Origin: a virus
Taxonomy: Duplodnaviria; Caudoviricetes
Virus record (IMG/VR): IMGVR_UViG_2806311071_000002
Coordinates: 58,256-122,255 of that record
Reading direction: 5' to 3' (one strand)
Length of the DNA stretch: 64,000 nucleotides
In this document: positions 28,098 to 38,790 of the stretch, piece after piece
Position numbering within the stretch: the stretch's first letter is position 1
Layout: each line of letters opens with the position of its first letter
The notes under the pieces: model-generated
What the model saw: the letters and a program-made list of their open reading frames with translations, nothing else
The model's database searches: none
What the model was told of the DNA's origin: nothing
Made by a program: the position numbers and the translations under genes

Positions 28098-29873
28098 ATG
28101 GCTTCGAGAAAGAACTTCCAAAAAGATAATTTTAAATACACCAAACAAAGTTCAAGATTGGACAGCGACCCTGAATTTAACTCCCCTGTCCAAGCAAATC
28201 AAAATAAGGTTGATACTTTTGAGAGAAATTTAGATAAATGGATTGAATTTGTTCAATGGGCAAGATGGTTTCCTGATTTATGGTACGACTTAATTAAGCC
28301 AGAAAAAGGCGGCATGAGACTAGATTTAGATCAAAGGGTTTTCCTAAGATGTATGAGTCGTTTTGTAAGTACATATGGAGTTTTTCCTCGTGGATTTGGG
28401 AAAACAATGCTCGAGTTAATGTCAATTTACCATACTGCTATTTGGTTTCCTGATATCACGATAGCCATGTCAGCACAAACAAGAGAAAATGCAGCTTCAA
28501 TCAGTGAAGAGAAACACAATGAAATTATGAAGTGGTTTCCTTTAATGAAAAATGAATTAGCTGGTAGACCTTCTTTTACTAAAGACTCTGTTGAGGTTAA
28601 GTTTTCTTCTGGAGGAGTTTATTCTGTGCTGGCAAATGCACAGTCTACAAAAGGACAGCGTAGAAGAAGGCTAAATGTTGAAGAATCAGCTCTCTTAAAT
28701 AACGAGCTATTTAAAGATGTGCTTGAACCAGTAGTAAACGTACCCAGAAGAACAATTGGTAAGCTTGCTACAGTAAACCCTTTTGAATTGAACGGAATGA
28801 TTAATTACCTAACAACGTCAGGCTATCGAGGATCGGATGAATTCAACAGGATTTTAAACATGCTTGATGAAATGGCTGATTTAAAAGGGAAAATTGTTCT
28901 AGGAGCAAGCTGGGAGTTACCTTGTCACTTTGGCAGAGGTGAAACACGGACTCAAATACTTGCAAAGAAAAACGATCCTACAACCTCATCAACTGCTTTT
29001 GCAATGAACTATGAGTCTAAATGGGTTGGTGCGAGTGATGGAGCACTTATCAACATTAGCAAATTGATCAAAGCAAGGACAATTACAAACCCAGAACTGA
29101 CCTGCCCTAGAGATAAGAATAAGAATTTCTTATTAAATGAATATGTGATTGGGGTCGATGTTGCCCGCTCAAGTGAAAAGTCAAACAACAAAACAGCCAT
29201 CATTGTTCTGAAGATTATTCGCAACTCCAATAATGCAATTAGACAAGTCCAGGTTGTAAATATAATCGAGCCGCCAAATGGATTGAATTTTAAAGAGCAA
29301 TCGATCATGGTTAAAAGGGTTTTCAAAAACTATGGAGGTAATGAAGATCTATCTATATCAAGAGTTAGAGCTGTGATTGTGGATGGAAACGGAGTCGGAA
29401 GTGGACTAGTGGATAGACTTCTAGAAGATGTTACAGATCCAGAAACGAATGAAGAATTAGGATGCTGGGCAACAATCAATACTGATCAGAAGCCAGATGT
29501 TCCAAACTCCCCTGCTATTGTTTACAACCTCAAATCTCAAGGGATTAATGACAAGATTATTACCACTTTCTTAGATTATGTTGAATCTGGAAAGTTGAAA
29601 TTATTGAGACCATATGAAGAAATAAAAAGCAAAAAAGTCATCAGCGACGATATAATGGTTGAGGCCACATGTATTCAAACACAATTATTAATTGATGAAG
29701 TAGCCAACTTAAGGCTAAAGAAAACACAGAACTCAATTAGCGTTGAACAAGTAGTTAAACGTATTGATAAAGATAGGTACAGTGCATTGAGTTACGCTCT
29801 TTACTACATAGCTTTATTTTTAGAAAAGGAAGAATCCGATGATGAGTATTCATTTGGATTCTTTTTTAATTAG
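28098..29873 (+). CDS. yonF: Terminase large subunit
   Basis: PRGFGKT Walker A, VEES Walker B, IGVDVAR RNase H nuclease motif, KDRYSA. Confidence 0.9.
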   Translation: MASRKNFQKDNFKYTKQSSRLDSDPEFNSPVQANQNKVDTFERNLDKWIEFVQWARWFPDLWYDLIKPEKGGMRLDLDQRVFLRCMSRFVSTYGVFPRGFGKTMLELMSIYHTAIWFPDITIAMSAQTRENAASISEEKHNEIMKWFPLMKNELAGRPSFTKDSVEVKFSSGGVYSVLANAQSTKGQRRRRLNVEESALLNNELFKDVLEPVVNVPRRTIGKLATVNPFELNGMINYLTTSGYRGSDEFNRILNMLDEMADLKGKIVLGASWELPCHFGRGETRTQILAKKNDPTTSSTAFAMNYESKWVGASDGALINISKLIKARTITNPELTCPRDKNKNFLLNEYVIGVDVARSSEKSNNKTAIIVLKIIRNSNNAIRQVQVVNIIEPPNGLNFKEQSIMVKRVFKNYGGNEDLSISRVRAVIVDGNGVGSGLVDRLLEDVTDPETNEELGCWATINTDQKPDVPNSPAIVYNLKSQGINDKIITTFLDYVESGKLKLLRPYEEIKSKKVISDDIMVEATCIQTQLLIDEVANLRLKKTQNSISVEQVVKRIDKDRYSALSYALYYIALFLEKEESDDEYSFGFFFN

Positions 29874-29891
29874 AAATTGAGGAGGTGAATA

Positions 29892-31433
29892 ATGACTACA
29901 CCTGAACCACAGCCATCATATGAGTTTAATACAAATTTAACACCGCTTGATTCATTGTTCTTTAATGATTTATTTAACGGCATTTCTTACGACAAAGTTA
30001 AATCATGGCTGAAAGACCACAACACCTACAATAAACAGATTAGAGATGCCTCTAAATTGCTTTATAACGCAAATGGTGTGTATAGAAACGTTATTGACTA
30101 CATGGTAGCCCTCCCTACTTTAGACAGAGTTATATTGGGGTCAAGTAAAGCAACTAATTTTAAATCGAACAAACAAAAGTTCAACCTGGCTTTAGGGAAA
30201 ATCAGTGACAAAAGTGTTGTCAGGGATTCATTAGGAAAGCTCAGCAAATATGGTACTGGTTTTTATTATTTTGATTCTGTGGTGAATGATTCCTTCCCCA
30301 CTACTCTAAGTGACAATGAGATCGGATCAATAACTGAATCAAATACCATTGACGACTTTAATTGTTCAGTCCTCCCCCTTCCTCTCGATTATTGCAAAAT
30401 TATCGGCAGGAAAAATTCCTCTTATCAGTTAGCTTTTGATGTCTCCTATTTTGACAAGTTCACAACTAACGGAAGGTCGCTCAAGCTTAAACGATGGCCA
30501 GAAGAAATCAGACAAGGTTATAGAGCTTATAAAAAAGATCAAAATCGAAAATGGCTAGTTCTTGATAACAATAAGACCATTGCTGTTAAAGGAAGTAGCG
30601 ACATTGAAGATCAATGGGGACGCCCAATCGGTTTATCTGCATTTATTGATATGGTTTATGATGAATACTTTGTTGACACTAAACGGAACATTTTAGATGA
30701 GCTTAACAGTACTTTAATCTACCAGACCTTCCCTGAAGGCGATCAAAAAGGTAAATCAGCTTTATCTCAAAAGCAACAGGAACAGCAGCACGAGAATATA
30801 AAAAAAGCGTTAGTTGCCAAAGGCAGTGTTAAAGGGGTTAAGTTCTTCTCTTTGGCTTCGGGAACAAAATTAGACAAGTTAGAAACTAATGTGGATTTCT
30901 TGAAGGTAAAAGGTGAAGACGAGCTCATTAAACGAATCACTACAAATTTAGGATTTGCAGGATCTGCTCTCAATGGTCAAGACGGTAACTACTCTTCTCA
31001 ACAAACCAATATTGAGATGGTTTCTTCCCAAATATTCTCCTGGTTAGAACAAATCCAAAGTGAATTTAACAAGGTGATAAACGCCAACATCATCAAAGAT
31101 CCTCGCTCTTATATTGAGGTTTACTACCTCCCTCTTACCCACGTTAACAGGAAAGAAAAAGTCCAAAACATGAAAGACCTTTATACAAGTGGTCGAGGCA
31201 GCCTTATTGCTTGGATAGCCGCTACTGGATGGAATCCTGATGCTTACTTATCCCTAATGGAATATGAAAAAGACGAAGGTTTTGATGAAAAGTTCCCTGT
31301 TCATGCAACCTCTTTCACAATGAGCAAGAATAGTGATAAGTCAGCCGGCGCACCTGAGATCGATACTCCGAAAAATGAAAACACGATTAAATCGAAGACA
31401 AATAACAGTAACGGAACGCCTTCTGGCTCTTGA
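29892..31433 (+). CDS. yonE: Portal protein
   Basis: 513 aa directly after the terminase; SPbeta synteny. Confidence 0.75.
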   Translation: MTTPEPQPSYEFNTNLTPLDSLFFNDLFNGISYDKVKSWLKDHNTYNKQIRDASKLLYNANGVYRNVIDYMVALPTLDRVILGSSKATNFKSNKQKFNLALGKISDKSVVRDSLGKLSKYGTGFYYFDSVVNDSFPTTLSDNEIGSITESNTIDDFNCSVLPLPLDYCKIIGRKNSSYQLAFDVSYFDKFTTNGRSLKLKRWPEEIRQGYRAYKKDQNRKWLVLDNNKTIAVKGSSDIEDQWGRPIGLSAFIDMVYDEYFVDTKRNILDELNSTLIYQTFPEGDQKGKSALSQKQQEQQHENIKKALVAKGSVKGVKFFSLASGTKLDKLETNVDFLKVKGEDELIKRITTNLGFAGSALNGQDGNYSSQQTNIEMVSSQIFSWLEQIQSEFNKVINANIIKDPRSYIEVYYLPLTHVNRKEKVQNMKDLYTSGRGSLIAWIAATGWNPDAYLSLMEYEKDEGFDEKFPVHATSFTMSKNSDKSAGAPEIDTPKNENTIKSKTNNSNGTPSGS

Positions 31434-31450
31434 GAGGAGGTGATTAGTAT

Positions 31451-32605
31451 TTGAAAAGCACGATTTTAGAAATTAACAATCAGAAAAAAACCAGTGGTCA
31501 GACATACATCAAGTGGGTCGTTCTTGAAATTCATGAAAACAATACTCAATTTAACAAGAATGGCATTACCTGGCTGGAGAAATACATAAACGCTAACCTT
31601 GAATCAATCAAGTTAATGCCAATTTGCGCAGAGTTCTTGGATGATGAAAACAGTGAGCCATTCGGACACGGGTTAACAGAAGTCAAGGACGGTACCCCGC
31701 TCTTTGAAAACAGCGCTGTGGTTGGTACGACCACCAATGCTTACATTGATACTATAGATGTTAATGGTGAGCCAAAAAGAGTGTTAATAGCTGAAGGCTT
31801 CCTATACAACCAGCGCTACCCTAAATTTGTTCAATGGTTAAAATCAAAAATGTTTGATGGTGATTTCCCTGAAACCTCGGTTGAGATAGCAGCTGTGGAA
31901 GGTTCAGATGCAATTGAATATGAAGGTGGCTGGAAAGAACAAGGACGTATACCTATGAAATTTGACTTTACAGGTGATGCAATTTTAGGTATTGACCCTG
32001 CAGATGACGCTGCCATTTTACTTGAATTAAACAGTAACAAAAAGGAGGATAATTTAATGTCAAAATCTCAAGAAGAAGTAGTCCTTGAATTAAACAACAA
32101 ACTTGATAATAAGAATAAAGAAATTGGAGAGTTAAATCAAAAAGTTGAGAAACTTACTGAGGACTTAAAGCAAAAAACTGAAGAACTGAATGCTGCTGTT
32201 AAAGCTGCAAAGGATGAAAAAGCTAAGGCTGAAGCAAAAGAAAAAGAAGCGCAAAAAGCCAAGGATGAAAAAGCCAAGGCAGATGAAGAGCTTAATTCCC
32301 TAAAGGAATTCAAAAACAAGGCGGTAGCCGAAAAGATGCAAGGAGAGCTTAACCAAGCTTTAAAGGAATATTCTCCTGAAGAAAAGGATGTCGCAAAAGA
32401 GAAAATTGAAATGTTCTCTAAGTCCCCTTCTATCGAGCTTAAAAACGAAATTATTTCTGAAATCAACTCAGCAATCGCTCGATCCTTCATCGCTGAACGC
32501 TCAAAGAAACAAGCCTCTGAGACTAATAGCAAAAATTTCGATATTTATTCAGACGTTCGTGATTCTGGGCAACAAGGTTCAGTGACAATTGATGATCTTT
32601 ATTAA
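31451..32605 (+). CDS. Prohead protease/scaffold protein (YonD-like)
   Basis: N-terminal protease-like domain (FGHG, TSVE, ILG.DPA) and C-terminal coiled coil. Confidence 0.65.
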   Translation: MKSTILEINNQKKTSGQTYIKWVVLEIHENNTQFNKNGITWLEKYINANLESIKLMPICAEFLDDENSEPFGHGLTEVKDGTPLFENSAVVGTTTNAYIDTIDVNGEPKRVLIAEGFLYNQRYPKFVQWLKSKMFDGDFPETSVEIAAVEGSDAIEYEGGWKEQGRIPMKFDFTGDAILGIDPADDAAILLELNSNKKEDNLMSKSQEEVVLELNNKLDNKNKEIGELNQKVEKLTEDLKQKTEELNAAVKAAKDEKAKAEAKEKEAQKAKDEKAKADEELNSLKEFKNKAVAEKMQGELNQALKEYSPEEKDVAKEKIEMFSKSPSIELKNEIISEINSAIARSFIAERSKKQASETNSKNFDIYSDVRDSGQQGSVTIDDLY

Positions 32606-32645
32606 GATAAAATAACACTTTTATAAAATTTAGGAGGAATACTCA

Positions 32646-33110
32646 ATGTTCAAATTTGGAACAATTGGTGCTTACAAACAAGTACGAAATAATCCACGCT
32701 GCAAGGCTAGCGTCGATTTAGTCCCTGGTCTAGTCGTAATTCCTAACGATTCATCTGCTAATGCATTCCCTCCAGGCGCATCTTCAACTGCAAAAGGTGA
32801 TGTGTATGTGGTTGGAAACATTATTGATAAACCTGAAATCCGTGATAAAGCCGACTTCAAAGTTTTAAAAGGTGAATATGTCCTTGCTTTCAATGTAGCA
32901 GATTTAAAAGGACTTCCAATTGAACTCAGCTCTGATGTGGTTGTTGATTATGATGCGCTTGTTAAAGACGACGTATTGGTTCCTGCTGCCGACAAATCAG
33001 GCAAATGGGTTAAAGCTGGAGATGACGTTGCAGAGTTTAAAGTATCTCTAAAAGTCTTAGAGAAAAATACATTTGGCGGAAAAGGTTTGTACCTAACAGT
33101 ACAGGCTTAA
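32646..33110 (+). CDS. Probable capsid decoration protein
   Basis: Position between scaffold and major capsid; strong RBS. Confidence 0.55.
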   Translation: MFKFGTIGAYKQVRNNPRCKASVDLVPGLVVIPNDSSANAFPPGASSTAKGDVYVVGNIIDKPEIRDKADFKVLKGEYVLAFNVADLKGLPIELSSDVVVDYDALVKDDVLVPAADKSGKWVKAGDDVAEFKVSLKVLEKNTFGGKGLYLTVQA

Positions 33111-33134
33111 TTAATATTCTGGAGGTAATTATTA

Positions 33135-34241
33135 ATGTTTACAGTTGAATTAAACAATGTTCAAAAAGACTCAAACCATTATGCAAATGCTAAATTGAAT
33201 GCTAAGTCCCCTATTGTAGAAATCTTTTCTGCAGCTGCAACGGGTCAAGATCTTTCCAAATTTGGAGCAAAAGCCGATGCCGCTATGACCCATGTGAAGG
33301 AACTAGCTTCCAAAGCTCTAATGGGCAACCCTGTAGCTAAAGCCGAGATCAACACAATTGTGCGTTATGCTATTGAGCCTAAACTTATTTCAGCAATTAA
33401 GCTATTTGATTTTATGGGCACGTTTAGAAATATTGGCTATGATCAGCAACCAATGATGACAACATACGCACATGAATCCATCCGAAGCCAATTCCAAGCA
33501 TCCCGTGGTGACGTACCGTTCGCTACTACAACTTGGAGCGAATATCCAATTGGAACTCAAACCATTTCTTCTGGCTATGCTGTTAACTATCGTGAGATTC
33601 AAAGTGGAAACCTCGATAAAGTAGCTGAAGGCATGGAGCAAGTTCAAACAGATATGATGAACAAAGCAATGTACTATGTAGTAAATGAAATGTTCAATGC
33701 AATTAAAAATGCAACAGGCGTTAAATACTTTGCTGAAACTGAAAACATCACCAAATCATCTGTAGACGATATAATCACAAAGATTCGCCGATTTGGACAA
33801 CCTTCTATTGTTGGTGACTTTTCTGTTGTTTCTCAGTTAAATGACTTTGCAGGATTCCAGGCTGTAGCCGGAGATGCTTCAAGCACTAAGCTCCCTCAAT
33901 CTGTAATGGATGAAATCCGAAGAACCGGATTGCTTAACACTTATAAAGGTTCTTCTGTTGTAGAATTGCCTAACTCTTATAATCTTACTGAATTAAACAA
34001 AGCCGGCGATAACTTCAAAACATATCTTCCTGAAGGTCTTCTCTTCTTCATTCCTCAAGGCAAAAAGTCTCCTCTTCAAGTATTCCAAAAAGGCGGACTT
34101 ACTTCAATGAATGGTAACGACATCATCACTGGAACTGAGATCACTCGTTTTGATATGGAAATTGGAGCTGGTGTAGCCAAAGGACAAGAGCATCAAATTG
34201 GTCTCATCAGAGACACCAAATATGAATTGCCACAAATTTAA
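33135..34241 (+). CDS. Major capsid protein
   Basis: 368 aa, strong RBS, followed by a terminator; YonB position. Confidence 0.7.
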   Translation: MFTVELNNVQKDSNHYANAKLNAKSPIVEIFSAAATGQDLSKFGAKADAAMTHVKELASKALMGNPVAKAEINTIVRYAIEPKLISAIKLFDFMGTFRNIGYDQQPMMTTYAHESIRSQFQASRGDVPFATTTWSEYPIGTQTISSGYAVNYREIQSGNLDKVAEGMEQVQTDMMNKAMYYVVNEMFNAIKNATGVKYFAETENITKSSVDDIITKIRRFGQPSIVGDFSVVSQLNDFAGFQAVAGDASSTKLPQSVMDEIRRTGLLNTYKGSSVVELPNSYNLTELNKAGDNFKTYLPEGLLFFIPQGKKSPLQVFQKGGLTSMNGNDIITGTEITRFDMEIGAGVAKGQEHQIGLIRDTKYELPQI

Positions 34242-34295
34242 ACAATTTAAAATCTAGGAGGGCTGTGTCCCTCCTTTTATTTTTGGAGGGATTAC

Positions 34296-34769
34296 ATGTC
34301 TTTTAATTTAGATAAAAAGATCACAATTAAAAATTTATGTCCATGGGATTTATATTTCCGAAAGATTGACACTCACGGTGACTTCAGATTGCCGGCCAAT
34401 GGGATTAGACAGATTACAGCTGGAGAAGTGCAATCCCAAGTTTATGACAGTACCTCACTGTTCACCGGAACTGACGGTCAAGGCACACATGCCAAAATCT
34501 ATATCGATGACAAAGAAACCCGTGTACACTTAGGTTTCGAGACCGAAGATAAAGACGACAAGCAAGAAATTGTTACTGTAGAACGGATTAAACAAATCTT
34601 GGGGTATAAAACACAAAAAGCTTTCGAAGAAAATGTTCAAAAGGAAATCTTACTTGAGTCTGAGAAAGCTCAGCTGTTTGAGGTAGCTAAAAAAGAAAAG
34701 ATTAATGATTACGCCAAGATTAAGTTCATTGAAGAGTACACTGGATTTAAATTTGATACTCAATCATAA
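34296..34769 (+). CDS. Head-associated hypothetical protein (YonA position)
   Basis: Synteny. Confidence 0.5.
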   Translation: MSFNLDKKITIKNLCPWDLYFRKIDTHGDFRLPANGIRQITAGEVQSQVYDSTSLFTGTDGQGTHAKIYIDDKETRVHLGFETEDKDDKQEIVTVERIKQILGYKTQKAFEENVQKEILLESEKAQLFEVAKKEKINDYAKIKFIEEYTGFKFDTQS

Positions 34770-34781
34770 GGGGGTTAAATC

Positions 34782-35168
34782 TTGACTCCTTATGAGAAAG
34801 TAATTAACGTTTTCCACTCAATGTTTCAATCAAATGAAGTTCTCCCCGATGGACTTGAGCAGCAATTTTTCACTAACGCCGTGGGTGAATATGAAACTGA
34901 ACTAACGGAACTTGGCTTTGATGAAGAGTCCAATACATTTAAAGATCCCCTCACATCTCCTCAAATTCAGATTTTAGGAATACTCATGTATAAAGGTTAT
35001 CTTGGAAGATACCGGGACAGAGCCCTAAAATTAAATAATGTTGTGGGGCGAGATATTCAATTGACGGGGTTAGCAAATACAAAAGCTCAAGTTAACAGGG
35101 CGTACGAAGACCTAATCGATGATATCGAAAAAAAATTGAGCAAATTAAAAATGAATAACTTTGATTGA
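34782..35168 (+). CDS. Head-tail adaptor-like protein (YomZ position)
   Basis: MTPY.. N-terminus; synteny. Confidence 0.5.
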   Translation: MTPYEKVINVFHSMFQSNEVLPDGLEQQFFTNAVGEYETELTELGFDEESNTFKDPLTSPQIQILGILMYKGYLGRYRDRALKLNNVVGRDIQLTGLANTKAQVNRAYEDLIDDIEKKLSKLKMNNFD

Positions 35169-35177
35169 GGTGATTAG

Positions 35178-35843
35178 ATGTCTATAGATTGGTATCTAAC
35201 CTCTTCTTCAAATTATTTGAGTGGCTGGGAAAACGAAGAGTTTAATTCAAACAAGTATGAAGTTTTCAAAGAAATCTTAGCAAATTCACCTGAAACTTAC
35301 AACATTGAATTGAATGGTAAGCCTGAACAGGTGATAATTCAAACCACTCAGGACAGCGAAACAAAAAAAGTCCTTACAGTTTTAGGCTTATTAAATCGTG
35401 GAGATTTGATTTTGTATGACGGTAGTTACTGGCTAGTTAATTCACGTCCTACCGATAACAAAATGAATGACAGTGCTACTATGCGGCTTTGTAATTCATC
35501 AATTAGTCTAACATCTTCTGATGAACTAATTGATTCTGGGAAGATTGATGAAGTTACAGGGAGACCGATAAAGATTAAAGTACCTGGTGAGAAGGTTGAC
35601 ATCCCGTGTGTTTTAGAACGAACAACCTCAACAATTGGATCAGAATTGGCCATAAATATTCCTGAGGGACAGGCACACGTTACCATCCCCTTTTTAAAAC
35701 ATGAAAAATTAAAGAAGGGTCTTTTTCTTTCTTTTTATGGCGAGGAATTCCGTGTTGATGATATAGACTATTCCAAGGTTTATGGAGACACTGGAACAAT
35801 TAGACTTATAGCCAAAAAGAAAGTTGGAGGTGATAGCGAATGA
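35178..35843 (+). CDS. Head closure-like protein (YomX-like)
   Basis: Synteny in the neck module. Confidence 0.5.
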   Translation: MSIDWYLTSSSNYLSGWENEEFNSNKYEVFKEILANSPETYNIELNGKPEQVIIQTTQDSETKKVLTVLGLLNRGDLILYDGSYWLVNSRPTDNKMNDSATMRLCNSSISLTSSDELIDSGKIDEVTGRPIKIKVPGEKVDIPCVLERTTSTIGSELAINIPEGQAHVTIPFLKHEKLKKGLFLSFYGEEFRVDDIDYSKVYGDTGTIRLIAKKKVGGDSE

Positions 35844-36346
35844 GTATGATGGTCGAACATATGACAACTATATTCAGAACTATTATGAATGATTCAGAAT
35901 TGAATCGTCTTTTATATTATAAGGATGACCCTCTCTCCTCTTCTCTCCCTGACGTTCAGACGTTGGAAAATTATTATGATCCAGTTGATGATTCCCCATC
36001 AATATTAAGCTCAATAATTAAACGTGCTCCCAAAACTGATGATTTAACCGATCAACCAATATGCAGACTTTGTGTTTATCTTGGCAATGGAATCCCTAAA
36101 CCCTCGACCCAAAGTGTGATGCTGCTAGATCAAGACTTGATGATTGATGTTTATACACACATTAACACTTATGAGGAGACCGAATTCAGGAACCTGAAAA
36201 TTACTGATCGTATTTGTGACATGCTCTTCAATCAAAATTTTGCGGGTATCGGTAAAAATGTTAAATACACAAGACTACTCATATCAAATGCACCTGAAGG
36301 GTACTTGGGATACAAATTGATATTCACTTTTGGAGCAAGTAAATGA
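35840..36346 (+). CDS. Tail completion-like protein (YomW-like)
   Basis: Synteny; 168 aa. Confidence 0.55.
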   Translation: MSMMVEHMTTIFRTIMNDSELNRLLYYKDDPLSSSLPDVQTLENYYDPVDDSPSILSSIIKRAPKTDDLTDQPICRLCVYLGNGIPKPSTQSVMLLDQDLMIDVYTHINTYEETEFRNLKITDRICDMLFNQNFAGIGKNVKYTRLLISNAPEGYLGYKLIFTFGASK

Positions 36347-37053
36347 ATGTGTTAAAGGATTTTTTCTTTTTAGGAAGACCTATTAACACTGATGTCGGTG
36401 CTATCAGCTTTATTCGCTTAAGAGATTATCCAGAGTACATAAGTGAACTAAATATGATGAAAATGAGCAAGAAGGAAATCATTAGAAACTTTTTAAAAAT
36501 CAACAATGACGGTTCATTAAATGATTTAATTATCGAATTGAAGAAGAACAGCCTCTTCAAAATTGTTCATGATTACTTACCTGAATTTAACCAAGCTTAT
36601 TTTAAAGTGTTTAGCAAAGTATTTGTGGACAAAGAGTCACTAAAGCTTATTGATCAGAAAGCATTTAATAATGTTAGAAAATTGATATTAGAGATGCATT
36701 GTTTGACTGAAGAGAAAATTGTTGAAAATGATGAATTGCAAGAGTTTAATGATTTAAATAATCAATTAAAGCTCCAAAATTCTCAAAATGATTTAAAGGA
36801 CATCGTCAGCTGTGTGACTGCTTTTAATGGATATACATATCAAGAGGTAGCCGATATGACAATTTATCAATTGTACCTGTCATATTACAGAATGGGCGAA
36901 ATAATGAATTATAACACTTCTGCGTTATTCGCTACTGTAGCAACTGATGTGAAAATCGGTGACTGGAATAGTCATGTAGATATGTATAAAGAAGAAAAGC
37001 ACCACCTCAGTACAGCAGATGCCAAAAATTTAGAGCAATTATTCGGAGACTGA
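36343..37053 (+). CDS. Tail-module protein (YomV-like)
   Basis: Synteny; 236 aa. Confidence 0.55.
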   Translation: MNVLKDFFFLGRPINTDVGAISFIRLRDYPEYISELNMMKMSKKEIIRNFLKINNDGSLNDLIIELKKNSLFKIVHDYLPEFNQAYFKVFSKVFVDKESLKLIDQKAFNNVRKLILEMHCLTEEKIVENDELQEFNDLNNQLKLQNSQNDLKDIVSCVTAFNGYTYQEVADMTIYQLYLSYYRMGEIMNYNTSALFATVATDVKIGDWNSHVDMYKEEKHHLSTADAKNLEQLFGD

Positions 37054-37093
37054 TTTTCAGTCTCTTTTTCATTTTATATTAGGAGGAAAACAC

Positions 37094-37897
37094 TTGGCAA
37101 AACAAACAGTTATCCATGAAGTTGGTAAGGTGCTAACCAAAAGACTTAGTGACCATAAGGTTGTTGCATCTTCTGTAACACAAATGACTCAGTTCGCCCA
37201 ACAAGTCCAACAAGACTTTTTAAAAGGTGGATGGGGAAATAGAGACCTCTATGTCATCAACTCAAGCAAAGAGGTTTCAGGTAATGTAAAAAATGCTTTC
37301 TTTGATCTTGATTTTATGGCAATGCAGCAAGGTGTAAAAATTGAAAACGAGACGATTTCTGTATGGGAAGATGAAAGTCTTACTGTAGATGATTCTGGCA
37401 CGGTCAAAATCGCGTATACTCCTTTATCCAGAGTCTCACTTACAAATGAAGACGGAGATCAACAAGAATTTAGTGTTTCAGACAAAACAATTACTGTTCC
37501 TGAAACGTTTGCTACTAAAGGGAACGCTGTAACAGCTCATTATCAAATTGAAGTTGATGCAGAAACAGTTGAAATTAGTGGTGAAAAATTCTCTGAGAAC
37601 TATTACTTCGAAATTCACACACTTGAGTACGATCCAAAGACATCAAAAATTTACAGTGACCTATATATCCAGTTGCCTAAAGTTAATTTCTCTGGTGAAG
37701 CAGACATGTCTTTGGAAGCAGGACAAGCCTACACACCTGAAATTGGATACCGAGCATTAGCTGATGACAATGGCAAGATCGGTACTTTTGCACGTGTTAA
37801 GCGTAATCCTGATGGGACAAAAGGAGTTAAAACGGAACAAGAAGATGTGACATCTAAAAGCAGTGTAGACATTGGAACAACGCAAGAAACAAAATAA
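37094..37897 (+). CDS. Probable major tail (tube) protein (YomU-like)
   Basis: Strong AGGAGG RBS, beta-rich 267 aa, synteny. Confidence 0.6.
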   Translation: MAKQTVIHEVGKVLTKRLSDHKVVASSVTQMTQFAQQVQQDFLKGGWGNRDLYVINSSKEVSGNVKNAFFDLDFMAMQQGVKIENETISVWEDESLTVDDSGTVKIAYTPLSRVSLTNEDGDQQEFSVSDKTITVPETFATKGNAVTAHYQIEVDAETVEISGEKFSENYYFEIHTLEYDPKTSKIYSDLYIQLPKVNFSGEADMSLEAGQAYTPEIGYRALADDNGKIGTFARVKRNPDGTKGVKTEQEDVTSKSSVDIGTTQETK

Positions 37898-37915
37898 CGT
37901 TAGGAGCTTGATATC

Positions 37916-38380
37916 TTGGCACTTTTAAATAAAGACGGAGACATTTACACTTCAGCTAGAGACGATGGAAATGGTAAACCGATCACTGACATTCATCTAA
38001 AATCACAAGAAAAACCCCTACAAGTTGACTTCCCTCAAGCTGGCTTGGATGCTATCAAAGGGATTCAAGTACAACCTCCTTCCGTGACCTTGAATGAAAG
38101 AGATCCAGGCTTCTCCTCTTTTAAAACGGATAAATTCACTGTTACTTCAACAGCTCAAAAAGTTACCGCAGGTATCACTGACAGGACAGCACTTACTATT
38201 TACCCTCCTGCAGAAGGCACGATTTACATTGGGAACTCAACTGTAACTGCTGATACAGGTATCCCATTGACAGCCGGTGACAAACCTTTTTCGGTGCCTG
38301 TTGCTGCTGGCAAAACGCTTTATGTCTATGTGATCAATGACGGTACTGACAGAGACGTAAGAGTATTTGAAGCTAAATAA
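37916..38380 (+). CDS. Virion-associated hypothetical protein
   Basis: Thr/Val-rich beta protein in the tail module. Confidence 0.5.
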   Translation: MALLNKDGDIYTSARDDGNGKPITDIHLKSQEKPLQVDFPQAGLDAIKGIQVQPPSVTLNERDPGFSSFKTDKFTVTSTAQKVTAGITDRTALTIYPPAEGTIYIGNSTVTADTGIPLTAGDKPFSVPVAAGKTLYVYVINDGTDRDVRVFEAK

Positions 38381-38424
38381 ATTGAGGGGATACTTCCCCT
38401 CTCCTTTTTAAACAGACTTAGGAG

Positions 38425-38790
38425 GTGGAGTTGTTGACAGAAACCGATGAAAATATTTTAAAAACCATTCCAGATAAAGCAACCTTTACATTCCACGAAG
38501 CAACAACTGCCCCGTCTGAAGGTGAAGAATTTGTAGTATCACATTATCGGGATATTACTGTTAAGATCTCTGGTTCCTCAACTTCAAGAGAAATAAAATT
38601 CTTTGCTGTAGATGAAAATGGCGAAAAGACAGAAATTGCTGGAACAAACAAAACTGATTTTCAATTAGGTACGGGCACATTGAATACAAATGAAAACTGG
38701 GATTTTGATATTGCGGGGCTTTTCAAATTCATGGTTGAGGTTGTTTCTGTAAATGGAGATGTAACGATTAAAGGAATTGCGGTGAGTTAA
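38425..38790 (+). CDS. YomS-like structural protein
   Basis: Synteny upstream of the YomR-like gene. Confidence 0.55.
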   Translation: MELLTETDENILKTIPDKATFTFHEATTAPSEGEEFVVSHYRDITVKISGSSTSREIKFFAVDENGEKTEIAGTNKTDFQLGTGTLNTNENWDFDIAGLFKFMVEVVSVNGDVTIKGIAVS